From assembly GCA_910592345.1 (NCBI GenBank), contig CAJVPI010000123.1, forward strand, positions 1-51,315: a stretch of DNA of 51,315 nt, written 5' to 3'. Made by a program: the position numbers and the translations under genes. Below are positions 28,865-42,000 of the stretch, one piece after another. Numbering within the stretch: position 1 is the first letter of the stretch; every line of letters starts with the position of its first letter. The notes below the pieces were generated by a model. That model made no database searches and had not been told where the DNA came from. It saw nothing but the letters and a program-made list of their open reading frames with translations. Origin of the DNA: Paraglomus brasilianum (Eukaryota).

Positions 28865-30174
28865 TTTTATTCGATACAATAATATTGTGAAATGATTAGC
28901 ATGAATAAATGTATTATTAAAGCCATTGAATTCAACATCTTATATACTACACTCGTCGACTAAAGACATTTTTCTAATAGTAGTTTAATTTTTGTGCGTC
29001 GTCAAGTCAACTCTGTTTATAAGGACCCTCTTTGTGCAGACTGGTGCCGTATAATGACCCGCTGTTAAAATCAGTTGGTTAAGGTTATAGCGATCATAAG
29101 AATCGGGTTGACTATTTAATTAATAACATTACCATATACTATAAAATACTGTATATTTTTGAATCTCTTTTATAGTAATCTGTAGTCAATCGCCATATAC
29201 TGTCTATTAAACCACGTGACTCGATAAAAGTATTATTAATGTAACGTTCAAAGAACTTTAGCAACTTTTTAGAGTTTTGTTGCTGCAGAAATAAACGAAC
29301 TGTTTAATCTGCATTATCGTAACGATTCGAATAAAGACACGATAAATTCTGATAGGCTTTTACAGTATTTGATGATAGTTTCATTAAGTATCTATTACTA
29401 GCGACGGACGAAGGTGATTTTAGCAACAAAATGCTAAGTAGCATAATACTTTCGCTTTCACAATGTGATTTTATAAACGTTGTTCGTATGGCTGAAATAA
29501 ACCCAATTTCTATCAGGCCATCGTTAAGCAACTTTATCCTGAATCTTTGTCTTGATTTCAGTAACAGACAAATAATGAATTTACTGATCATTGCCAGTCG
29601 TCTCATTTGTCCAATCGTCTCGCAGAATATCGAGATATCGTGCAATGCAAATTGCGTAAAATCACGGGCGTGCATTATGATGGGAAATGGACAAAACTGT
29701 GCGTGCGATGCAGATATAGAGGGTGTGCATTTGCCTCTAATTTCTGAGCTTGGGAATATGGTAAAGATGAAGGGTTGACTGTATTGATATTGGAGTTAGT
29801 TTAGATAATTACTTATACAAATTTCACGTTTAAGTGAGTCGCTAGCTGTTCGTTTTCCTGGTTTTTTAGACTTTTTTTTTTACTACAAATAATAGATAGC
29901 AAAGCTCGTATTTGGTAAATATTTCTCTCACGTGATGTGACTTAAAGAGGAAATTCACTATAACTGTCGATATGTGTTCAGGCGACAGAGACTATAAGCT
30001 GAATAAGTTTATACAGGGGTAAATTTACTATAAATTGTTGGTTCCAACAAAGATGTGACTATAAGGAGGTTGTGACTATAAAAGAGTATGTTGGCAAAAA
30101 TTGTACTATTTTCAAGCTAATATTGTAAATAATTTTGAAACCGCTGAAAAGTTATACTTGGTAGTAGATTTTAA

Positions 30175-31633
30175 TTATAATAAAGACCTTGGTTTATTCT
30201 TGATATTATTATTTTTTCCAAGTAAAAAGTCATCAATAGTGATAGCAGATTTGGGTTCCATTGGCCAAAACCTTTGAATTGATAAACCAAATGTAAGTAA
30301 AAGTAATGTTAAACTATAAATACAATTCGGTGAATTACACTTACATTTGTCCAACTTTAGGTATTCTGACAAATTCGGTGTTAGGGATTCCATGTGCAAG
30401 CAATTCACCTTGTCGTATACAGACTAATTTGTCATCTTCACCATGAATTATCAAAGTCGGCACTTTGATCGTGTGTAATTTTGAGTCAATGTTTGACGGT
30501 TGCCTTACAGCCTCCCATTGCCGTTCTATAAATAAATTTGTCTATTATTTTCAATTTTATAAACTTTAAGCACAGCACAAAAATATGATGCAAGAAAAAA
30601 TACAAACTGAAAATTTCAAATGGCCTGCAAGAATTAAACATAACCTCGGTCACTTTATCAAATATTTCTGAATGTGTAATGAGGTAATCAGTAAAATTTT
30701 TTTCGAACAAAAGCATAATTTCCTTCCGTTGCTCTTGTAAGCTTTCCGGATAATACCACTTTGGTAAGTTATACACATGATCGAACATTATAGCTTGAGG
30801 AACCTCAAGCCAGCTATATTGACAGTCAATTATTAGATAAGTAAAATTTCTACAGTATATATGCATTGCATAAACGTTGCATTTTACCTTGCACAAAGAA
30901 TTAGTTTTTCTAATGTAAGATCTGATGGTATATTTAACGCAACGCAAAGTGCTATTTGACCTATTGGACATCACAAAAGTTTAGAGCTCCTGAATATGAA
31001 TAGAAATTATATTGAGTTTTGAGAATTACCTCCCATAGACCATCCTAACAGATTAAATTTCTTAATTGCAAGATGCTTGATTAATGCAATTGTATCTTGT
31101 GCCATCAAATCAATTGAACACGGATCATTTCCAGAAGCAACAGTTGATTCTCCGATTCCACGATTATCAAATACAATAACTATTGAATAAATATCATAAG
31201 TATCGTAAATTGTTTAAAATACGAATAAGATCGGTGAAGGAAATTGCACATACCTTTTCGATGTTTTGCTAATTCTAATGTTGCATTAAGTCGGTTATAC
31301 ATTGGAATATAACTTATAGGTTGTGTAGGGAGGGAGGGGATCAATAAATAATTTACCTTTTTCCAAACCCAATAGCAGTTCTTTAGGAAGCCATCTATTC
31401 AAATGTGCCGATTAAAAGTGTAATCAAATTGAGAGAAAAAGAAAATGGGTTGTTACAATGATAACGGTGATTGACTGTAGATTGGGATTATTGATATATT
31501 GAAGAAAGTATTACAATCCATTAATCATCACAAGAGGAATCTCATCTTTTGTGACATCTGACTTGCACGGCTCATAAATCTTGTACGCAATTCGCGAACC
31601 ATCCGGCTGTTCGAAGAAGAGAGAATCAGACAT
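30175..31633 (-). CDS. Alpha/beta fold hydrolase, multi-exon (mostly missed by the ORF track)
   Basis: Spliced translation: MSDSLFFEQPDGSRIAYKIY...PLVMINGL; VIVFDNRGIGES; FNLLGWSMGGQIA (nucleophile elbow, ~31030-31045); KVPTLIIHGEDDKLV; IPKVGQMFWPMEP; GT-AG introns in consistent phase. Confidence 0.85.
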
Positions 31634-32058
31634 GTTGTTGTTGTGAAGAAAACTTTTCGCAGCATATCATATGTTATTTATACATTTCATTATCGGAATG
31701 TCCATATAGTCAATAGTTGTTTCCGTGGTCGTACATCATCGGCCCATGTGATGTGGACTAAGTAACAACGTATCGGCATATGCAAATGAATATCAAAAAA
31801 TCGTAAGATTTATGCGTATTCCCAATAAGTGTTGTTATTGTTGCTTCTTGGTCATAATTTTTCGCGTACCATTGGCAAAATACTATGCAAGTTATATGCA
31901 AAAACAAAAATTGAATCTACAAGTCGCTTTCGTCTGATAGAAGGTAGAGAAGGCAACGTGGTATGAGGTGGAATTATAACATATTGTAACTTGTAAAGTT
32001 GAAATAATCAGCTTAGCTTTATGTAAACAACCAATCAAATTTGGACTATATATCGAGG

Positions 32059-32348
32059 CTTCACTATATCGAGGTTTGACTGTATAACGAATATTCACTA
32101 TACCGATGAATCTCAACACCAACATTACGTCAGTCCAGTCTAGTAGAATAGAAACATCAACCCGTACTCATTTATGTAATCAAATCTGCTAACCGTCTTC
32201 ATCATATTATTACAGCCTTTAGTGCTAATAGTAAAGAATTCCTCTGATCCAAAAACAGTATTAGTATAAACTTTTATATTGAAAGATTTCGGTACAGTGA
32301 AGAAAAATGCCCGTCCCGCTGACTTCACTATATCGAGGTTTGACTGTA
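32059..32348. mobile_element. Pogo/Tigger-like MITE relic with two identical 26 bp terminal sequences
   Basis: CTTCACTATATCGAGGTTTGACTGTA at 32059-32084 and 32323-32348; the reverse complement begins TA-CAGTCAAACCTCG, typical of pogo-like termini. Confidence 0.6.
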
Positions 32349-32597
32349 CTATACAAAAAAGTCCTCCACCCCGACAAATACAACAATGGGAATAGAACGA
32401 GGTTGCCTTTTGTTGGCATTTATTGTGCAATGTGGCGGATTATGATAAGCGATCAACATTGACGCCACATGGCATCATGAAATCCAATTAATTTCGTCAT
32501 CTGGAACCCATGATTTTCATAAGTTACATATATCTTTTTATGGTAAGGACAGAATGGAATTATAAATACGATCAAATAAGATCTATGGTGATGGACG

Positions 32598-33362
32598 ATG
32601 GATAACAAACTCCCTATCGACTTCACTCAATGGTCTTCAGAGAGTATTGCAAAGTTTCTTGCAACCCGGAAGTCTGAACCCGATATTGATTCATTTGTGA
32701 CGAGTGTTGTAAAATTGGTCGAAGAGTTTAAGGAGAATATTGGTAAACTATTTTGTCATAATACTTGATTTCGGGAACAAGCCCGTACATTAATAGACTG
32801 GTTAAATTAACAGAAGCAGCTGAGATAATCGAAGATTCGGCATTTGATGATGACAAGAAGTCTTTAGGTATTGTATTCCTGATGAAATCGTTATGGGAAA
32901 TGCTCTCTTGACAAACGATTACGGTAAAACCATTTAGATTTGGAATCGGACACTTCTCGGGACGTCACCACGTCAGCGAGAGTATCTCTACATCATCTCT
33001 ACAGTGAGCAATATATCAAACAAGATGACACATTACGTTATATGAAACGTCTTGATGCGGGCAAAGTACTTTCATACGATTTTACAATCATCAACGTAAC
33101 TAATAAGGGGAAATTGTCAGTCTCTCCCGCCATTGCAAAGGAAGAGTATGTCACTTTAAGAGAAATCGAATCGAGTATTTTGGCCGAATTCAATCGAATA
33201 AATGGAAGTAAGGCTGAGCAACCAACAAAGGATGGTAAACCACTAAAAGAAGCTGTTGATCCTTTTAAACAGTTTTTTGTCAAACGTAATCTTTGTTTTA
33301 TATCTCTCTTTAATTTGAAAAAAGAGTATCGCGAAAATAAGAAAGTAGGAAGTCCTTTCTGA
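32598..33362 (+). CDS. 207 aa hypothetical protein with C-terminal RAMA-like domain (exons 32598-32742, 32814-32867, 32938-33362)
   Basis: Two GT-AG introns, both phase 1, join an open frame MDNKLPIDFTQWSS...; the C-terminal VSLHHLYSEQYIKQDDTLRY...TLREIESSIL...DPFKQFFVKR...SLFNLKKEY resembles the RAMA pattern. The gene model is well supported; the domain call is tentative. Confidence 0.65.
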
Positions 33363-35774
33363 AAGACCTTTTCTTTGTTATTTGACGATAATTAAATAAA
33401 TATAATTTTTGGCCGGGTTACATAGATGTCAATTTGCTAATATAAATAAACAGGGCCAAGTATCAAGTCTCTGCTTGGATCAAGTTGAAACGTAATCTCA
33501 GATGTTGGGAAAATAGCCACTCATGACAAGTCAGTTCTTCTACAATAGCCAATACTCAATACGCAATACTCTACATTGCTTGATGTCTAATTGCCTGCTT
33601 TCGTCTTCCAGTCGAAAGGTAATGTTTCTCCTATTGTGTCATAAGATAATGAAAGTAGAAACGGAGTATCTGCTTCAAGCCAAATATTAAAATAATTGGT
33701 TTCATTTGCATGATGTCCCGAAATCATGAGACTCAGGAGGAGAGGGAGAGACCGAGTGACGCAATGATTGCAACGGCCGCCCCGCCTTATGTTGCATACC
33801 AACAGATGTCGTTTTACTAAAAACGATGTTGTCACCGTTATCACCATTGTCATTGCTTCCATCGTGACTTTATATTTTCAGGTACTGTATTTATCGATAA
33901 ACTAAACAGCTGATATACCACAAAAGGTGACTCTTTTCATTGTCTGCGGATATCCGCATAAGGTCACCGTAATAATTATGCATTACCACTTTTAGTAAGA
34001 GCAGTATCATCACAATCATAATTGTCTTTTACAACTTCATTTCGCAATAAAAGGCAGGCTAAAGCAAACTAGTAGTGTGCAATAAATTTGTGATCTATAT
34101 ATTATTATGGGAAATGGTAAGAATAATCATAATACCTGATTCGCACCCTATTCCTTTGTTTAGAAGTTGATCGGGCTTTGGAAAAGACAACCAAGCACAT
34201 AAAATAGCTTGCTTTTGAGAATCAAGAACATGTGCAAGTTGAGATTCCACCACACGTTGTTATCACGTTGGGGTCATTAAATATAAATACATAATCTATT
34301 TAAGCAAATGAGTTTTTTTTTACCAGTAAGAGATAATTTTATAAGCGACCGTGGGAACTTTGTTATCTCCATAGGTTTTTAACCGAATCGCGAACCGAAA
34401 ATAGCTTCTAGAACCATATTAAGGATCGATATACTGTAATTAATATTAATAACACTATTTGAGTGTCTAGGATACATCAAGTGACAATATTCAATACTCT
34501 TGTCATTGTTCGTAGATTATTTATTACGTACATATTAATTAACTATTAGACGACAGAATATGGCCGATACGATAATTATTGAGAGATCTAAATGGATCAT
34601 ATTAAAACCAGATAACACGTTTGCGTTAAGTACAGTAAGAGAGGAGACTCTATCGCATACTTGATCAATATGACAATGCATTGATAAATCGAATCAAATA
34701 ACACGTATCTATCGCACGTTTATTAGTGAATTGATTTGTGTGTCCTTTATTATGCACAGCTAAAGTGGGTTTCTAAGAAAAGACGTATATCACAAGTTGA
34801 TCAAAGGTATATGCATGGAATAATAAAACTGCGAATTATGCTGTTTATATTACATTTTTCACGGAAGTACGCATTACATAACTAAATTACGACGTACGAT
34901 ACACGAGTTAGAGAAACTTTTAGCTTTTATCTAAAAAGCGCGCGCTTTCTTTAAACCAGCTCGCATAATATAAAGACCTATTACTTTATATAAGTTTTTG
35001 TTATAACTTTTCGCAGACTGCCATACGATTTTGTTTAATTCAGCTTGGATGCAAGCATTGCCCATTGCAGCAAAGAATTATTTTTAATATAATCGTTACA
35101 AACTATGCTCGCGCGTTTCAACTGGCCTACCAGCTCCAATTTTCGTTTCTTGGTTTTTATATTCATGTGCCAACAAGGTTCCTACAATATCATTAACTAA
35201 TGCAATGACCTTTTTTTTTTTCCAAAGCATTTTGTAAACATATCGCCGCTATGACTTTAAATCCCTTCTCCATTACAACAATTATTCCTTTGTCAATTGC
35301 TGATAAGAAGAGTTATCTTATCGCTAAGATTGTTTGCAAATTCATCTTAGGCTCCAGCGGAGTAGTTTATGCCACAAATCAACTAAGTATCACAATCATT
35401 ACCAACACCACACAGTTGAAATATCATGTCTTGTCTCGTCATAACTTTATTTTTACTTACATACAATTAGACTTACGTTACATTTACATTTGAGCGGGTA
35501 CAATTCACATTGAACTGTTACAGAAAACACTTGGATACTATACAAAGCATTTATTGATGCCATAATAGAAGGGGATAGGAAGAATAGGTGCGGTTTCGGA
35601 AAAGATATAAATTCTCGTAACGAGAAACTTTCACGTACAGTTATTAGCTGATAAGAGATAAACTTTTAGTCAACAGATTTCATATCGTAAAATTGTTTTC
35701 ATCTTTGATTTCGTTTCGATATCACCCACTGAAAAATGTATGCGCCTGTTTAACACTTTTCCATAAACATACAT

Positions 35775-36450
35775 ATGGAACCACCAAATTCGTGTTTGGA
35801 AACCGTTTCAGTTTATGACAAAGAAAGCGGATTTGAATTTTATGAACGATCACTACTTGTGGAGCAGAGGAACTATGGAGAGAGTATTGGAGGATTGAGG
35901 AGAGCAATAGTGAAGAGGGTCTGCGTTCCTTTATTAATAACAAGAATGGTAATAAAGAAGTTTTATTGCAAACTTGGAAAGATTTTTAGACTCTTATTAT
36001 TATATGGCCCTAATATTAATTGTGATACTCAGCTAATTTGTGGTCCGCTTTAGCCTACCCTCAAAAAGGTAACGCAATATGTAAGTGCCGCCAACATCCA
36101 AAGCCAAATACGTGCCAAGTTCTGTTCCATTAGGAATGTATTGTACTGTTTGGAAAGGGTATTTCAAGAAAATCAAGACAAACTTTTGGTTTCAATGTTT
36201 GTATTTTTTATAGTATGATTGGAAAAATTGTATTTTGGTCAAGGATTGTTTCAAATCGTTTCTTCTGACATCATTCTGAAAAATCTTATGTTGATGTAAT
36301 TAAAGCAGAAATACCATAATAAGCAAAGCAAGTGTTTGACGAATTTAACCTATCTGAATTGTCATATACAGAGTTCAAATGTTTATATAACCTCAGTTTA
36401 ACTGTTATGTGAGTTTCAAATTTGAAAGAGCTTGTATTGTTTTAACTGTA
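35775..36450 (+). pseudogene. Possible F-box/LRR (RNI-like) gene relic
   Basis: Fragments PPNSCLETV, RSLLV, VCVPLL, KCLTNLTYLNC and SNLKELVL occur in shifting frames with stops; weak resemblance to the F-box/LRR family expanded in Glomeromycotina. Confidence 0.3.
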
Positions 36451-36659
36451 AATATCCAAACGGGCAAATAGCCACAAACCTTGATTACCCATAAAATTTC
36501 AGCCTGATCAGATGTCTTTAGTAAATTTTCTAAACATTAAGATTGGCTTTCTGATATTTGAAAAATATCTCAAATGCTACCTGACAAAAATCAGACTATA
36601 TATATATATATAGACGAAAAAATTGTGGAACAATTATCTACTAAAAGAGACAACAGCTA

Positions 36660-37075
36660 CCGTAGAGCGCTGACTAAAGTACTCCCGTGTAAAGTACCCC
36701 CCACCATATAAGGCAATGGATTTGTAAAAGACCCGGGTACAGAAAAACTCGATGATTACATATCACGTGGCTTATAATAACCAATGACAATCACTTCCTA
36801 CGTATCCCCCAAGCATAGAGTGGTCAATAGATGAGTGTCATAGAGTAATCGAGAATAGAATAGATGAGTGTCAGTGTGTTATAGATTGATTGTACAGCTG
36901 GAACTGTTGTTAGCAAACAATAAGTATGAGCAAAATTTGAGAAATAAATTTTGTACCCCGGGTACTTTACACGGATACATAATATTCTGTCCATAGTACC
37001 CACCGAGTAAAGTACTCCCCCCCCTTATTACAGGATTTGTAAAGTACCCCGGCTCCTTTAGTCAGCGCTCTACGG
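36660..37075. mobile_element. 416 bp MITE (Tc1/mariner-pogo superfamily) with perfect 20 bp TIRs and TA target duplication
   Basis: TA|CCGTAGAGCGCTGACTAAAG ... CTTTAGTCAGCGCTCTACGG|TA; repeated subterminal AAAGTAC(T/C)CC motifs in both orientations. Confidence 0.9.
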
Positions 37076-39076
37076 TACTAACCTGTTGTCACAAAGTATC
37101 ATCTAGAGTCAAAAAGGCAACAATCTGGTATAAATGGCCGATTTTGCTATTTACTTGATTGCTTGATCATAAATAGTGATAGTTTGCGGATAGACGTCTG
37201 GGGAGGGAAACAGTAATGATTCGAATGGTGATATAAAATTCATTATGTAAACGACCTTTCCCCCAGGCGGAAAAAGCAAGTTGGTTATAAAACTGAAGTG
37301 GAACTACTTTCCTGGCCTGGGGTGACTTTATCTCTTGTAATAAAATATCATTATCCGTTATTTATTTTGGAGATGTTGTTGTATTGTTGTATTATCTTTG
37401 TCTTTTATTTCGGGCTGCGGATACTCATTAATTATGTTCCGTCTGGCGATTAACAAGCGGGCATGAGAAGTATTCGGTCATCATATAATGCTCTGAGTTG
37501 ATACTTTGCATGTGTGCGATTAACAAACTGAGTAGCCAGTATTCGATTACCGATACTTTGTGTGAGAAGTATTCGATTTAGAAAGATTGCGACTATAAGA
37601 CATTATGTTTAATACAAAAAAGGCATTCGTAATAGTACAGTGTATAACACCGAGTGTTTAATATACTCGTTCAATATATCTTGAATTTTGTTTAAGTTAA
37701 AATATTATTCGTAAATGAGGTCAAAATGTCAGTAGTGATAAAGACACGAAGTAAAATGCGATAAAAATTCCAATAGGAGCATTACAGTGGAAGGAGAAAT
37801 ATTAATGTTAAGGCTGAACCTAACCTTTCTTAACGAGATAATATTTACGATATAATAGATAACGAGGTATTTGATATTTTATAAATGAGTGGTATTTCTT
37901 CGTCCGCTACGTTTTACCAGGTACATCTGTTAACCTGACCTTCGGTGTGATATATTACTCGTATAATGAAATGGGCGATATTACTAATTCCCTAAATATA
38001 TATAACTAAATTAATAGGCTATTAAGAGTAGTAGAAGTGTTGTAATTCTTATTTAATTGTTATCTATTACGGATTTGTATAGAAAGGCCGACGAAGAATA
38101 TATCTGATATATTCGAGACACGATCCAAGTAAGTCTGCGAACAAGGACAAATATACTATGTATAATCGTATTTCTTTGAGTACGGATAAGAACAATTCAA
38201 AAAGCTAATGTTCTCTGAAGACAGCTTATATATCTTCTAATCGTTTTACTAAAATTATTAATTAATTTAACTAAATGAGGAAAGCAGCAGGAAAAAGTAG
38301 CAAGAAAATGGCAAAGATAATAGTCAACGTAAAATCATCCATCTAGCAAAAAAGAGAATTATTAATTAATAATAAAATTCGTTCTTAAAGATATAATTAT
38401 GAATAGATACTTAAGTCGTATAATAAAGTTGGCCAAGTCGGTGGCCAAATCACTAAGCATCGACACTACAGGGCCCTCCTATTTATTGTCGCGAAGACAA
38501 CTGGTTACAGCAAAAAAAAATTTTCAATTTTGAAATCTAGCGACATAAATGTGAAAATTGTATGACAAAAAAGTTGAACTACTATCGTGGAAAAGCAAGT
38601 GTTCCAATGAATGAAACAGCTTCCGGAAAGTCTGATATGAATAATTATATGAATTAAGAATCAAACTTCTGATCAAAATATAATTTATAATTTACAGATA
38701 AATGTTTAAACTTCTATATGTTCATAATAGCTGATAGTCATAATAATAATGAGTCACAATCATCCCTTTATTGAGTGCCAAGTAGGGTAGAGTGGCAACA
38801 TTGTACTAAGTAAGCTTAATTTATGCTTCAGATAGGCTTAGTAGTCATTTGTTTGCAAATGTTCTTGCATATTTTCATTACTCTAATTTTGTAGAATAAA
38901 ATTTAATCATTGCAGAATCTTGAAAAAATCAAAACTCAATGAATGCTGTTATAGCTTTACATTGGTATGGTATAATTACTGAATTTTAATCTTTTGATAT
39001 TTACAATAATTAGAAAGTTTGAAATTCTCAACTACTTCACTTTAACACACACCTAATAATTAATTTACTATTACCT

Positions 39077-42000
39077 TTACTTAAAATTTTGTTTTGTTTG
39101 ATACAGTTTATTTAATTCTTGGACCTTACGTTTTAATTTAGATTTGTCATCATATAGTAAAACATAAATCTTATTTTGTGCCTTAATGTATCCTTGTTCA
39201 GCTGCCTTTTGATATAACTCAATTGCTTTGTGTTCATCTTTTTCTACTCCAACTCCATTTTCATAACAATAACCAAGATTATATTGTCCATATGCATGCC
39301 CTTGTTCAGCTGCTTTTTGGAACAATTCAACAGCTTTTTGAATATTTTTTTCTACTCCAATTCCATTTTTGTAACATATACCAAGATGAGTTTGTGCAAA
39401 GGCATTTTCTTGGTTGGCTGCTTTTTGATACAACTCAATTGCTTTCTTAAGATTTTTGTTCACTCCATACCCCTTTTCAAAATGCTGACCAAGATTATAT
39501 TGTCCATAAGAATTCCCATCCTCAGCAGATTTCTGAAATAATTCAACAGCTTTTTGATAACTTATTTCTGGACTAAGACTACTTGTATAATAACGACCAA
39601 GATTATTTTGTGCTCCAGCATTTCCTTGTTCAGCAGCTTTTTGATACCATTCAACTGCCTTCCACTTATCCTTTTCTACTCCACTCCCATACTGATAACA
39701 TACACCAAGATTATACTGTGCTTGAGCATATCCCTGTTCAGCTGCTTTTTGATACCATTCAACTGCTTTTTGTTCATCTTTTTCTTCCCCAATTCCATTC
39801 CAATAACACCAACCCAGATTATTCTGTGCCTCAGCATGTCCTTGCATAGCTGCTTTTTGATACCATTCAACTGCCTTTTGTTCATCTTTTTCTACCCCAG
39901 TTCCATATTGATAACATACACCAAGATGACATTGTGCCCTAGCATGTTCTTGCTCAGCAGCCTTTTCATACAATTCAACTGCCTTCCACTCATTCTTTTC
40001 TACTCCAATCCCATTTTTATAACATACACCAAGATTACATTGTGCCCTGGCATGTTCTTGTTCAGCTGCCTTTTTATACAATTCGACTGCCTCCTGCTCA
40101 TTTTTTTCTACTCCACTACCTTTTTCATAACACCACCCAAGATTATTTTGTGCATCAGCATCACCTTGTTCAGCAGCTTTTTGATACCATTCAACTGCTT
40201 TTTGTTCATCTTTTTCTACTCCACTCCCATACTGATAACACCAACCAAGACTATATTGTGCTTGAGGATATCCTTGTTTGGCAGCTTTTTGATACCACTC
40301 AACTGCCTTCTGCTCATCCTTTTCTACTCCAATCCCATTTTTATAACATACACCAAGATTACATTGTGCTTGAGGATATCCTTGTTTTGCAGCTTTTTGA
40401 TACCATTCAACTGCCTTCTGCTCATTTTTTTCTACTCCACTACCATTTTCATAGCACCAACCAAGATTATATTGTGCTTGAGCATTTCCTTGTTCAGCTG
40501 CTTTTTGATACCATTCAGCTGCCTTCCACTCATCCTTTTCTATTCCACTCCCATACTGATAACATACACCAAGATTATATTGTGCTTGAGGATATCCCTG
40601 TTCAGCAGCTTTTTGGTACCATTCAACTGCCTTTTGTTCATCTTTTTCTATACCATTTCCATTCCAATAAGACTTACCAAGAAAGTACTGGGCATCAACA
40701 TGTCCTTGTTGAGCTGCTTTTATATATTGCTCCACAGCCTTTTTATACAATTTAACTGCCATCTTCTCATCTTTTTCTATTCCACTGCCATTTTCATAAC
40801 ACCAACCCAGATTATATTGTGCAGTAGCATTTCCTTGTTCTGCAGCTCTTTCATATAATTTAAATGCTTTTTCATGGTCTCTTTCTACCCCAATTCCACT
40901 TGCATAACAAAAAGCCAAATTACATTGTGCCAAAGCAAGACCTTTTGTTGTTGTTGCAGCTTTATGATACAATCTAACAGCACTCTGATAATTTTGTTCT
41001 ACTCCTATTCCTTCTTGATAACATACACCAAGATTATACTGTGCATAAGGATGGTTTTGCTTTGATGCCCTTTGATACCATTCAACTGCCATTTTCTCAT
41101 CTTTTTCCACTCCAGTTCCATTTGCATAACACAAACCAAGATTATATTGTGCTTTGGCATTTCCTTGTTCTGCAGCTTTTTGATACCATTCAACTGCCTC
41201 CTGTTCATCTTTTTTAACTCCAGTTCCATTATCATAACAAACACCAAGGTTGAGTTGTGCAGCAGCATATCCCTGTTTAGCTGCTTTTTGATACCATCTA
41301 AATGCTGCATCCTTGTCTTTTTCTACGCCAGTTCCATTTTCATAACATTTTCCAAGCCTATATTGTGCACTAGGACACCCTTGTTTAGCTGCTTTTTGGT
41401 AACATTCAAATGTTTCTACTCCAGTTTCACCCCTAGGAGGAAAACTATCAGCCCTTACTTTGTGACTGAATGCTTTTACTTTGGATTGGCCAAAGTCATG
41501 TTGGATGCTACATTGTTTAAATTTTTGGTTATTCTTGGCTATTCTTTTATCTTCATCTTTGTAGTATAAGTGTTCTGCACCAGAGGTATAATTCTTGATT
41601 AACCATTGACCATCTTTTTTTTCTTTATTGTTAATGTGCACCTCATTTTGGTTTTCTGAAATTTCTTCAGGTTCTGCACAAAACGGTGGTCCACTGATAG
41701 TAGGGTAACCTTGTTTAATAGTTCCTTGGGACGTGCTTCCTTTCTGACTTTTATTCAAACTATCACCTGATGAATTCTGGTCTGATGTAAAGGAAAACCT
41801 GTCTGTAATGGACTTGTTGCCGCCTATGATCCAATCAGGTGGTCTTGGTGCTTCACACTTATAACAGAATGCAGTCATATTAGGTTTAATTAAATATTGT
41901 GTGCACGACAGACATAGCTCAGAATGAAATTTAGTTCTGATTAGAGCATATTGCTTCCATTGAGGGTGATATGTGAAGCCGATAGTAGTCCAAACATTAG

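Noticed and set aside
29304..29778. Overlapping 123 aa and 115 aa ORFs on opposite strands
   Set aside because: No recognisable domain or splice structure; cannot decide whether either is coding.
39180..41400. CRISPR-like or non-coding repeat array interpretation
   Set aside because: Units are contiguous 108 bp coding repeats with no unique spacers, in a eukaryotic gene.
39554..41569. Long plus-strand ORFs (434, 237, 165 aa) with repetitive hydrophobic sequence
   Set aside because: Antisense shadows of the Sel1 repeat array; no independent evidence of coding.
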